A stretch of 54,964 nucleotides of DNA from Octopus bimaculoides (taxonomy: Eukaryota), in NCBI RefSeq assembly GCF_001194135.2, contig NC_068981.1, positions 62,575,144 to 62,630,107 of the forward strand. The letters run 5' to 3'. Below, in pieces: positions 25,343-36,535 of the stretch (its first letter is position 1; the number at the start of each line of letters is the position of its first letter). The notes under the pieces were generated by a model that saw only the letters and a list, made by a program, of their open reading frames with translations, ran no database searches and had not been told where the DNA came from. The position numbers were made by a program, and so were the translations under genes.

Positions 25343-25640
25343 AAGAGGCGCAATGGCCCTGTGGCTAGGGCAGCGGAGCTCGGTCGGAGGATCGCGGTTT
25401 CGATTCCCAGACCGGGAGTTGTATGTGTTTATTGAGCGAAAACACCTAAAAGCTCCACGAGGCTTCGGCAGGGGGTGGTGGCGGCCCCTGTTGTACTCTT
25501 GCGCCCCAACTTTCTCCCACTCTTTCTTCCTGTTTCTTGATGGACTAGCGTCCCGTCCAGCTGCGGGGAACACATACGCCATAGAAACCGGGTAACTGGG
25601 CCCATGAGCCTGGCCAGGCTTTAAAAGGTCGCATAAAAAA
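25343..25640 (+). mobile_element. tRNA-derived SINE of a third family (V-domain-like), full length with TSD
   Basis: A box tggccctgtggctagg, B box ggtttcgattccc, central gatggactagcgtcccgtccag..atagaaaccggg, A-rich tail. Flanked by aagaaggc(a/t)gca at 25331-25342 and 25641-25652. Confidence 0.8.
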
Positions 25641-26084
25641 AAGAAGGCTGCAGATGGTATTGGAGTGTAAACGACTTCGTTGCTACCACTGCAGAAACAT
25701 TTTTCACCTAGAGATTTTCTGCCTCCAGAAATAACTGCAAATGAGGCTTCTACAACTGCCCTATCAACACCACAACATCAACACCACCAAAATGAACAAC
25801 TACAGCATAACTACCACAACAGTATACTTTCTCCTCTTATTTCCCATACTGCGTCTCGACGCTCAAAACCTGCATTGGGCCGCTACGTTCAATTCTTTCT
25901 ACATCAATATGTCAATGCACTAGAATTGCATTCACATAGACAATTTCCTTCAAGGTTATTTACTTACAAATCCTTAAACCAGTAATCAACCGTATTGGTA
26001 TCACTACTGAGCCTGCGAAAGTTGTGCGCACGGTATACTAATTACATATACATCAATGTGTGCGCCATTGGTCATATATGGACA

Positions 26085-26168
26085 TATATACATACACACA
26101 CTTAAATGTATATATATATATATACACATATGTATACATACATTTATGTGTATGTATATATATATATA

Positions 26169-26222
<54 letters not shown>

Positions 26223-26280
26223 GGCACATTATTTATAAGTTTATAGGTATATATGTGTGACTGTGTGTGTGTGTGCCAAT
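26085..26280. repeat. (AT)n microsatellite field
   Basis: Direct reading. Confidence 0.9.
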
Positions 26281-26524
26281 GTGTATGAGGAGAGGTGTAC
26301 GCAGTGCTGAGAGTGAGTCCTTTATTTCCTTGCCTTGATATGAAGCCAGCTGTGGAAAGAAACTGAGCATCCTGCCTTTGAATACACTTTCAGTTTAACA
26401 CAATATCAACTGAATTTACAGACTTCCTTCTACGATTGACGTGAAGGTCAATATTATATTCATGTGGCAGGCATTATTTACGCTGCCACTCCTCAGAAAC
26501 GCTAAGCTGTTTTGATTCTGTCTT

Positions 26525-26677
26525 GTACACAGACACAGACACACACATCCACGCACATGCACATATATAATATATACCTATACATATATATATACACATA
26601 TATATGTTATGTGTATGTAAATATGTATAAATATATATATATAAACACACATATGCATATATATATATATATATATA

Positions 26678-26730
<53 letters not shown>
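26525..26730. repeat. (AC)/(AT)/(GT)n microsatellite
   Basis: Direct reading. Confidence 0.9.
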
Positions 26731-26731
<1 letters not shown>

Positions 26732-27088
26732 ACCTCCAATTTTGAACTGTTGAGAGATTGAACAACTCTTAACGAATTACGTTTTAAAATAAACGCTAAA
26801 GCTTAGAATTTATCTGGATAGTATGATCGTTGTTTATTTAAGGAAAGTATAGTTAAACAGTTACATCTTTGAAGAATCATGTTTGCCAATTTAAATATAT
26901 ATAATCCGTTAGATACACATTTTGTTTATATTGTAAAAGTATTGTATACCATAAGATGTTAAAAATATTTTGTACGTCTATGACCTGGTCACTGACTTAA
27001 TTACATTATAGTATATAATAAATAAAGCCGTCACTCATAAACTAGAGGGACTTCGTAGCGTGTAATGTGCTTTTATTTATTGTTTCAG

Positions 27089-27251
27089 GTGCCTTTGTGT
27101 AAATCGCGAGCTGTGTTACATCGACGATATGATAGCTGAGGGGAGAGAAGTCTACATCAGGACTTGGCAGGTACATATTTTTCGCCCGCATAAATTGAAG
27201 CAACGTGAAATAAGACACCTTGTTGAAGAATACAACCCGCCATACGCTTAA
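27089..27251 (+). CDS. Candidate host coding exon (internal to 27170, or terminal to TAA 27249-27251); product unknown
   Basis: Acceptor gcttttatttattgtttcag|G; open frame CLCVNRELCYIDDMIAEGREVYIRTWQ, then donor-like CAG|gtacat at 27170/27171; the frame continues VHIFRPHKLKQREIRHLVEEYNPPYA*. Locally GC/CpG-rich and non-repetitive. No homologue recognised. Confidence 0.4.
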
Positions 27252-27599
27252 TATATCGTAACCTACGACCACATGATTGTAATATCAACACCATTACTAC
27301 CAGACCACACAAAGACTGTCGTGACTCATCTACAATGTAATTATTTCAGTTTCAATACACGATCTCGGATTAAGTCACATGCAGACAAATATATTTACAG
27401 ATGATTTATAAGTTTTTATCTCCAAATTTGAGATAGAGTATCAACAGTTTCGCATTCTTTGAAGAACAGTGGCTTGTTTCAGAAATAACTTCGGCTGCCC
27501 ACTCCATGTTGTTGCTACAAAGTTCAGACTCGCATGTTATGATTTGTTGACGCCTGCCTTCTTCGCTCGCTCTTCTGTATAATTATTTTTATTATGTGT

Positions 27600-27832
27600 T
27601 ATTTCTTTACTACCCACAAGGGGCTACACAGAGAGGGGACAAACAAGGACAGACAAACGGATTAAATCGATTATATCGACCCCAGTGCGTAACTGGTACT
27701 TATTTAATCGACCCCGAAAGAATGAAAGGCAAAGTCGACCTCGGCGGAATTTGAACTCAGAACGTAGCGGGCAGACGAAATACCGCTAAGCATTTCGCCC
27801 GGTGTGCTAACGGTTCTGCCAGCTCGCCGCCT
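27600..27832 (-). mobile_element. SINE-A, young full-length copy with 14-bp TSD
   Basis: Near-intact head ggcggcgagctggcagaaccgttagcacaccgggcgaaatgcttagcgg; TSD tttttattatgtgt at 27586-27599 and 27833-27846. Confidence 0.95.
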
Positions 27833-28392
27833 TTTTTATTATGTGTGCATATGTATTTCTAAATGATTTACATAACCATTGTCTGCGTGCGTGAGTTCAT
27901 CTTTGTGTGTGTGTGTGTGTGAATGTACGTGTGGAGGTGTAATAAAAAATCTATATAGAAGTTACCATTTCCGAATAAAAATTATATACACACACACTCA
28001 CACACACGCACACACACACACACCCATACACACTCACATATATATATATATACGTATATATATGAAGTATGTAGGTGAAAGTGGTTTTGTTTAAGGAGTG
28101 GGGGTTCGTTGTTTACATTGTTTTAATAAAATCGACATTTACAGAAGAGTGTGTGTGTGTGTGTGAGTGTGTGTGTATATAATGTCGACTTTCTGAAGAC
28201 GTTAACGAAATAGCAGCAGCATCTTGTAAATGTTGAATATGTCAGAATGAAAAGTAATTTCATTACATATGCGCGCGCAAACACACACATACACACACAT
28301 ATACATACGCTCAAGATACACATATACACGCAAAGTTATATGTAACAGTTTAGCAGTTACCTGTGTGTGTGTGTGTGTGTGCGTGTGCGTGT

Positions 28393-28616
28393 GTTATTTC
28401 TTTGCTACCCACAAGGGGCTACACACAGAGAGGACAAACAAGGACAGACAAACGGATTAAGTCGATTATATCAACCCCAGTGCGTAACTGGTACTTATTT
28501 AATCGACCCCGAAATGATGAAAGGCAAAGTCGACCTCGGCGGAATTTGAATTCAGAACGTAGCGGCAGACGAAACAACGCTAAGCATTTCGCCCGGCGTG
28601 CTAACGTTTCTGCCAG

Positions 28617-28619
<3 letters not shown>
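28393..28619 (-). mobile_element. SINE-A, young copy inside a (GT)n tract
   Basis: Very similar to 27600-27832, including the tail ctacccacaaggggctacac; (GT)n on both sides. Confidence 0.95.
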
Positions 28620-28687
<68 letters not shown>

Positions 28688-28688
28688 T

Positions 28689-28935
28689 AGGTGCAAGAAT
28701 GGGTATGTAGTAGGAAGTTGCTTCTCAAACACATGGTTTTCAGTTTAGTCCCATTGCTTGGCTTATCGAGGAAGGTGTTTTCTACAATAACCTCAGGCAC
28801 ACCAAATGTTTGTGACTAGATTTGATAGATGTGTGTTCGTTTGTGTTTATCATTCACCACTCTTTGACAATCGGTGCTGGTCTGTTTACATCCCCGTATC
28901 TTAGAGTCACAGTAAAATAACTCACTAGAATAAGT
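28689..28935 (+). mobile_element. SINE-B, old, internally deleted
   Basis: ggtgcaagaatgggtatgtagtaggaagttgcttctcaaacacatgg..ttgacaatcggtgctggtctgtttacatccccgtatcttag..tagaataagt. Confidence 0.7.
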
Positions 28936-29389
28936 TTAAAATGTCCCGAGGCCGCTGCAGATTGACAAGATAATGAACAGCCTTAATCGATTTTCGAACC
29001 TTATTGGGTCTTCATTAGATGTGTCAACATCATTCTCACCAGTCCCGGAGAAATTACCTGTTAAATCAGTTAAAATTTATAATTAGCTAAAAGTTTCAGG
29101 TGACACCTGCGTAAGGAAAAGTAGTGCTCTTTACCAATAATATTTTAATGTACGAACTCTATAGAATAAGTTTAAAATGTCCTGAGGCCGCTGCAGATTG
29201 ACAAAATAATGAACAGCCTTAATCGATTTTCAAACCTTATTGGGTCCTCATTAGAAGTATCTACATCATCCTCACCAGTCCCGGAGAAATTACCTGTTAA
29301 ATCAGTTAAAATTGATAGTTAGCTAAAAGTTTCAGGTGACACCCGCGTAAGGAAAAGTAGTGCTCTTTACCAATAATATTTTCATGTAC
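28926..29389. repeat. 236-bp-period tandem duplication (2 copies, 12 mismatches in ~228 bp)
   Basis: Copies start tagaataagtttaaaatgtcc at 28926 and 29162; manual alignment. Confidence 0.95.
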
Positions 29390-30442
29390 CTAATCTATTG
29401 TTATCCTTTCTAATGTGTCTCCTACTATGTATTTCTTATTTTTTATTTTGTTGATTTTAATATGATAGGGTGTCATACATTTCATTTCGAAGTGGGAAAA
29501 TACTTCCAGAGATAGCTCTAAAATTATATGAGGCCGCACGTAATGTCATACATGTAACAGTGCTCCCCGACCAACCATGCACTGTGAGTGTTTTTCATTC
29601 GCCACACTGTTGTAACCTATATACTGTAGTAATCTCAACTCGAGCACATGTAGCCTCGTCTGCTGAGAAGACGTATGCAATGATAGCTTTCCAAGAGATT
29701 ATTATTCGTTGATGGAGGGTATTTAGAAAACATATTGTGCACGGATCTGCAGTCAGACTTGAAGATCTTCAAGTAGCCAGACTTGAAGAATGATGACCAT
29801 CGTGGTAATGTAAAAGATTCAGAGAGAAGAAACATGTCAATGATCCAGTGATTGCAATGTGTTAGTGAATGAATATGTGCCAATAAAGCGAAATATCTCC
29901 CTTTTTAGGTGAGTTTGCCCCATGGCAGTACTTCTCACATATTTCACCCCAGATATGTAAGGAATAATGGCATGTGGCTCTTACTTGAGCATTGTTAAAA
30001 GCTGGAAAACTAGGGATTCTCAAATATTTTCAGAAATATTTTGCTTCAAAAAAAGTCAACTCTTGGTTGCCATAAGACACATTACAATAATAAAAACCCG
30101 TTTAATTTAAGAAATTGTTGTTGCTCGAAAACGGGCTCTGTTATGAATTTGTCATGAATTGTTCTTCGATATGGTTTCTACTGGAAATTTTGAATATGAG
30201 AAGACAAAAGAAACGATGTTTATATTTGTGTAGATTTGTGATGTATCTTATTCCTATAATATATCACCAATTTTTTTAAAAGTGTATTTGTAATTATTTA
30301 TAAAATGGGAAGTTAAAACTATATATTTCTGTATTTATACATAACGTTAGATCACTCATTATCGTAATTTGTTTTTGAAGTTTTATATTTGTTTCTAGGA
30401 TAGCATATAAATGTCTAATGCAATACAGGTTTTATATATGTA

Positions 30443-30568
30443 CAGGCGTGGCTGTGTGGTAAGCAGTTTGCTTTTCAACCACACGGTTCCTGGTTCAGTC
30501 CAACGGCGTGACATCTCAGGCAAGTGTTTCTACTATAGCCCCGGACCTACCAAAGCCCTGTGAGTGGC
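30443..30568 (+). mobile_element. SINE-B 5' part, running into a gap
   Basis: aggcgtggctgtgtggtaagcagtttgcttttcaaccacacggttcctggttcagtcc..caggcaagtgtttctactatagcc. Confidence 0.85.
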
Positions 30569-31224
30569 NNNNNNNNNNNNNNNNNNNNNNNNNNNNNNNN
30601 NNNNNNNNNNNNNNNNNNNNNNNNNNNNNNNNNNNNNNNNNNNNNNNNNNNNNNNNNNNNNNNNNNNNATATATATATATCCATTAGACGGTTATTCCAA
30701 CCTCTAACTCTACTAACCTACAATATGTGTGTGTATGTATTTATTTGCATACACATTATATGCATGTATATATGAAGGTATGTATGATTGTATGTATATT
30801 TGTCAGTATGTATGAATATATGCTTGTATGCATGCATGCTTGTATGTATGTATATATGTATGTGCGTTCGTATGTATATATGTATATGATGAATTGACGG
30901 ACTGGTACTCTGGTATTCTGTATGAATCTCCATAAACATTCTGGTGAATATTAGGAATGACATGTTTTATTACATTTTCGTGGAATCTTTCTTCAACAGA
31001 CCGATTATGGATGGGATGTGTTAATAGGGTTTTGGTATGGAGAGGAGAAGGATTAACCAGATAAGAAAGAAGTGTTGAGGTGAGAGGATAGTCAGACAGA
31101 CCAATGAGAAATTTACTTCGAGCACATAAACGTCGAGGAAATATTAATGTATAGGGAGAAGCGTCGAAAATTGAACGTAGCGATACAAGAGTTGATGGGA
31201 AAATGATAGAGAAATTGGGATATC

Positions 31225-31251
31225 AGAGACAGAGAAAGAGAGAGAGAGAGA

Positions 31252-31288
<37 letters not shown>

Positions 31289-31290
31289 TA

Positions 31291-31323
<33 letters not shown>

Positions 31324-31351
31324 TAGAAAGAAAGAGAGTAAGAGAGAGAGA

Positions 31352-31386
<35 letters not shown>

Positions 31387-31393
31387 TGTGTGC

Positions 31394-31424
<31 letters not shown>

Positions 31425-31425
31425 C
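31225..31425. repeat. (AG)n/(GT)n microsatellite
   Basis: Direct reading. Confidence 0.95.
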
Positions 31426-32322
31426 TAAAGACAGCGAGATTGCAAAGAACGTGGGGTAAGCTGAGAGACGCGATAGTTCTATTTGTACTTTTGGGGGGCT
31501 GGTGTTTATGCTGCGATATGTAGGCGGATGCGTNNNNNNNNNNNNNNNNNNNNNNNNNNNNNNNNNNNNNNNNNNNNNNNNNNNNNNNNNNNNNNNNNNN
31601 NNNNNNNNNNNNNNNNNNNNNNNNNNNNNNNNNNNNNNNNNNNNNNNNNNNNNNNNNNNNNNNNNNNNNNNNNNNNNNNNNNNNNNNNNNNNNNNNNNNN
31701 NNNNNNNNNNNNNNNNNNNNNNNNNNNNNNNNNNNNNNNNNNNNNNNNNNNNNNNNNNNNNNNNNNNNNNNNNNNNNNNNNNNNNNNNNNNNNNNNNNNN
31801 NNNNNNNNNNNNNNNNNNNNNNNNNNNNNNNNNNNNNNNNNNNNNNNNNNNNNNNNNNNNNNNNNNNNNNNNNNNNNNNNNNNNNNNNNNNNNNNNNNNN
31901 NNNNNNNNNNNNNNNNNNNNNNNNNNNNNNNNNNNNNNNNNNNNNNNNNNNNNNNNNNNNNNNNNNNNNNNNNNNNNNNNNNNNNNNNNNNNNNNNNNNN
32001 NNNNNNNNNNNNNNNNNNNNNNNNNNNNNNNNNNNNNNNNNNNNNNNNNNNNNNNNNNNNNNNNNNNNNNNNNNNNNNNNNNNNNNNNNNNNNNNNNNNN
32101 NNNNNNNNNNNNNNNNNNNNNNNNNNNNNNNNNNNNNNNNNNNNNNNNNNNNNNNNNNNNNNNNNNNNNNNNNNNNNNNNNNNNNNNNNNNNNNNNNNNN
32201 NNNNNNNNNNNNNNNNNNNNNNNNNNNNNNNNNNNNNNNNNNNNNNNNNNNNNNNNNNNNTATATATATATATATATATATATATATGAGCAGAGTTTAG
32301 GCTTCTTAAAATATCAGGCAAA

Positions 32323-32664
32323 CATATTTCAACTACTAAAAGGTAAGTACACTGCAGTTAGAGAAAAAATTTCTTATAATAAAAAGGTGTGAAACCATCC
32401 GATTCATTCAATGTCGCCCATGTATTAGGAATCCCAGACAACGATGTTTCGAGTTATTTGACTCCTGTCAGTGAGATACACCTAAGAGAGCCAACGCTGA
32501 ACGAACTTAATAAAGGAACTCGAAACATCGATCTTCGGGATTCCTAATAGATGGTGGCACTAAACGATCGGATGACTTCACACCTTTTTTACGATAAGAG
32601 ATTTTTTTTTTCTTTTTTCTGCACGCTAACTGCAGTGTATTTGCTTTTTAGCAGCTGAAATATG
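32323..32664. mobile_element. Fold-back MITE with ~135-bp imperfect TIRs
   Basis: The left arm catatttcaactactaaaaggtaagtacactgcagttag..aaaaaggtgtgaaaccatccga..tattaggaatccc..cgatgtttcgagtt pairs with the right arm aactcgaaacatcg..gggattcctaata..tcggatgacttcacacctttt..ctaactgcagtgtatttgctttttagcagctgaaatatg. Confidence 0.85.
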
Positions 32665-32741
32665 TGACACACATATTTCAACTAGCCTATATTCTGCTCA
32701 TGCTTAAACACTGCTTCGCGCTAACGCTTCGTTATATATAC

Positions 32742-32774
<33 letters not shown>

Positions 32775-33459
32775 CACAAACACAAACACACNNNNNNNNN
32801 NATATATATATGTATATACATATACATGTATATATATGTATACTAATATGTACCAGAAAGAACAGTATGACTCAAAGCCTAGTAGTTTCGTGCGTTACCA
32901 TTTGTCACTTTACGTAAGTGCTGACACACGAAACTCTTGACACTCGGGTTCCTTTGTGCTTCCGATATATATATATATTTATATATATATACAAATTAAG
33001 ATGTAAACTCAAATTAGGCATTCATATTCGTACATTTATAAATTCGACTTAAAATGCGTATACATATATTAATACATATCGACACATGTGACTCTTTTTA
33101 AAAAAATATTTATAAAGTATAAATACATATATAAATATACATAAAAATACATAGAAATAAAGCCCATTTGGGATGTGTATGGAAAGACGTGTGAGAAAAA
33201 GAGGGCTGATAACAAGAGGACTGAAAAATTATTTGTACTGAAATTAAGAGCGGTTAAGATCTTCGATCAAAAGATCCATAGAGCTCGGTGTTTTTTTAAA
33301 AATACAAATGGCATGTAAGGTATATAATACAATTCGATGAGGTTCACTTTCAACGGCCGTTTCTAGAGTTCATGTCCAAGCAGAAAAATCAATAAATCTT
33401 GCAAGCGATGTGGACAACGCCCGCTTCATCGGGAAAGGTATCCTCATACAATCATAAAA

Positions 33460-33530
33460 TTACAGGACGTAAACACACCAACATCGGTTGTCTAGCGATG
33501 GTAGGGTAGCAAACGCAGGTAGAAATACAC
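33460..33530 (-). mobile_element. SINE-B tail fragment
   Basis: gacgtaaacacaccaacatcggttgtctagcgatggt matches the family tail. Confidence 0.65.
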
Positions 33531-34006
33531 ACACATCATATATACATATACATATATATATATATATATANNNNNNNNNNNNNNNNNNNNNNNNNNNNNN
33601 NNNNNNNNNNNNNNNNNNNNNNNNNNNNNNNNNNNNNNNNNNNNNNNNNNNNNNNNNNNNNNNNNNNNNNNNNNNNNNNNNNNNNNNNNNNNNNNNNNNN
33701 NNNNNNNNNNNNNNNNNNNNNNNNNNNNNNNNNNNNNNNNNNNNNNNNNNNNNNNNNNNNNNNNNNNNNNNNNNNNNNNNNNNNNNNNNNNNNNNNNNNN
33801 NNNNNNNNNNNNNNNNNNNNNNNNNNNNNNNNNNNNNNNNNNNNNNNNNNNNNNNNNNNNNNNNNNNNNNNNNNNNNNNNNNNNNNNNNNNNNNNNNNNN
33901 NNNNNNNNNNNNNNNNNNNNNNNNNNNNNNNNNNNNNNNNNNNNNNNNNNNNNNNNNNNNNNNNNNNNNNNNNNNNNNNNNNNNNNNNNNNNNNNNNNNN
34001 NNNNNN

Positions 34007-34354
34007 TTGCCCCTCCTGTACGTGCTTCACAGCGTTCGAGACATACACACTTCACGTCTGGCTGTACAGCCTTTTTGTTTGTTTATTTCACCGTTTCGTT
34101 TTCCCGTCTTGTTTTCCGTCCGCCACTACCCTCCACGAAAACAATTTAATTTGTGTTCGTGGGAAGAACCATTTTAACGATGCGTACTGCCTTAATTCTT
34201 CGAAACGCCGGAGTTTTAATGGTGGCAGCTGATGAAGGGGATGTTTCTATGTGGCCTGCTTGTTTGTTGCACCTTGTTTACCATATTTTGCCTTTTTTCT
34301 TCGAGTATATAAGCAACAATTTCATTCCCGAGCAACGCCGGGTGCCTCGGCTAG
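34007..34354 (+). mobile_element. Helitron-type non-autonomous element 3' end (5' end in gap)
   Basis: Hairpin cccgagcaacgccggg (34327-34342), 8 nt before CTAG (34351-34354) followed by T: canonical Helitron 3' terminus. Confidence 0.7.
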
Positions 34355-34974
34355 TATATATATATAATTCTAGACCTCTTGGCGTATCCCGTTATGGTAA
34401 AATTTTTGTTTTACATTTTTTTTACTTATAGATGCTGTTACCCCTAAAGAAAAATTAACCCATCAATTAATATTTTTAGTTTAGTCATTTGCTCAACGTC
34501 CTGAAGCGCCACATATGCAAAATGGTATGATTTGAATATATTAAACCTTTCTTCTTCTTTTTCTCAAGGCTCTTGTCCTTTTCTTTTATTTTCTTTTATG
34601 TATTTTTCACTGTCATGAAGCTCTATGTTCTAGATCGGATGTGTTACAAAATATGATATAAATTATTTTCAGAATAGCAAAACAATGGAACATTGGAAGC
34701 TGAAACGGCTGTTAGACGAGATAAAGTCTTTGTGTTAAAAAGTAATAATGGATGTTAGTCAATTGTTGTTTATCAATATTTATCCATTTTCTGTTTACTT
34801 TAAATTTGATTCCTGATAAACTCATGTTTATTTTTGTCACTGCCTGTATCCAATGAGCATAATATGCTTGCATATGTTTGCTCACGGTTAACATAGATAA
34901 TTATACCGGTAGTAAAAAGAATATTTTTATCCCTTAGACGGTTATTCCAACCTCTAACTCTACTAACCTTATAT

Positions 34975-35286
34975 ATTTATATACATATTCTTTTATTCTT
35001 TTACTTGTTTCAGTCATTTGATTGCGGCCATGCTGGAGCACCGCCTTAAGTCGAACGAATCGACCCCAGGACTTATTATTTGTAAGCTTAGTACTTATTC
35101 TATCTGTCTCTTTTTCTGAACTGCCTAGTTAAAGAGGCATAAACACACCAGCATCGGTTGTCAAGTGATGTTGGGGTGACAAGCATATACACACAAACAC
35201 ACACTATCATATATACACACATACATACATACATACATACATACATACATACATACATACATACATAATACATACATACATACATG

Positions 35287-35322
<36 letters not shown>

Positions 35323-35434
35323 ACGGGCTTCTTTCAGTTTCCGTCTGCCAAATCCACTCACAATGTTTTGGTAGGCCTGAAGCTATAGTAGGAGACACTT
35401 CCCCAAGGTGCCACACAGTGGGACTGAAGTCGGA
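34975..35434 (-). mobile_element. SINE-B, nearly full length (5'-truncated in the tRNA head), internal (ATGT)n
   Basis: Minus strand: cttcagtcccactgtgtggcaccttggggaagtgtctcctactatagc..agacggaaactgaaagaagcccg..gacaaccgatgctggtgtg..gtcctggggtcgattcg..ggtgctccagcatggccgcaatcaaatgactgaaacaagtaaaagaataaaagaata. Confidence 0.9.
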
Positions 35435-35467
35435 ATAAATATATACAAGCATGTATATATATACACA

Positions 35468-35772
35468 TAGTGAATGTAATAAAAAGGAAACTATTAAAAG
35501 TGAAACTATTGAAAGTGAAACCATATAAAAGTGAAACTAATACATCTCATTACATAGAGATGTTATTGTTTCACTTTTGCCATTTAATACCAAAACTGTT
35601 TAAGAGATTTCTCCGGGCTCGCATTAGGCAAGAAGTTGAAAATCTTTTTGGTCCGTGACACCCCATGGACCCTAAGTAATGCATGTGCAAAACGTGAATG
35701 AAATCGGTTGGGTAGCTCTTGAGTTTTAGCGATGCAAACATACAGACAGACATTCTCAGTTATATATAGAGA
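35468..35772 (+). mobile_element. HINE/Helentron-like (DINE-1/Lep1-type) non-autonomous element
   Basis: Four a(a)agtgaaac-type direct copies plus an inverted tgtttcactttt; the 3' end aaatcggttgggtagctcttgagtt..caaacatacagacagacattctcagtttatatatag resembles HINE termini. Confidence 0.55.
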
Positions 35773-36399
35773 GAGAGACAAACAGATAGATAGAGAGAGA
35801 GAGAGACATACAGACTGACAGACAGACTGACAGGTGCATGGATGAATGGATGAATGAATGAACGTATTTGCTTGAGTGTCAGTACAACTAGTACGGTCAT
35901 TAACATCATAGTCCTAGAAACTACCTAGTCATCTTTATTTTCCTATTATTATTATCATGTCCTCATCATAACCACCCTCATCATCCTCATCATCATCAAC
36001 AACAAGAACAACAACATCATAACTGTCATTGTCATCATGATCATTTTCATCGTCAACACGTACACACCTGTCTAATTTTCTGTTTCTCTTCCCATATCGT
36101 ATTTATTCTTTACCTGTCTATGCTAAACAAAGTACTATTCAACCCCCTTTTTTTTTAATTCACTCATTTCCTTTTAGCTTTTACTTGCAAGCTTTTCCCT
36201 ATCCCGTCTTTATTCACATCATTATTAATACAAATACACTTTGCCCTGCTAACAGATATATAGAAGTTGCATTATCTCATTCGGTTAGCCTCTGACATGT
36301 TCTTGAATGAAACAAAAGGTCTTTTGTTTCCCACCCACTGTTTTAAAATAACATATACACACACACGTACAAGCGCGAGTTCCCACACAAAAATACACG

Positions 36400-36490
36400 C
36401 ATAGAGACATGTATATATATACATACATATATACATATGTCTATGTATATACATATATATAATGTGTGTGAGTGCGTGTGTGTGTGTATG

Positions 36491-36535
<45 letters not shown>

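Noticed and set aside
25655-25985. 101-aa ORF, an LRCYHC (three-finger-like) motif and a signal-like MNNYS..FLLLFPIL
   Set aside because: These lie in three different frames, each quickly terminated or low-complexity (CAA/CAC-rich).
27231-27248. NPPY read as the catalytic motif of an N6-adenine or HemK methyltransferase
   Set aside because: Lacks the preceding hydrophobic strand (D-h-h-h-x-NPPY) and is followed by a stop after one residue.
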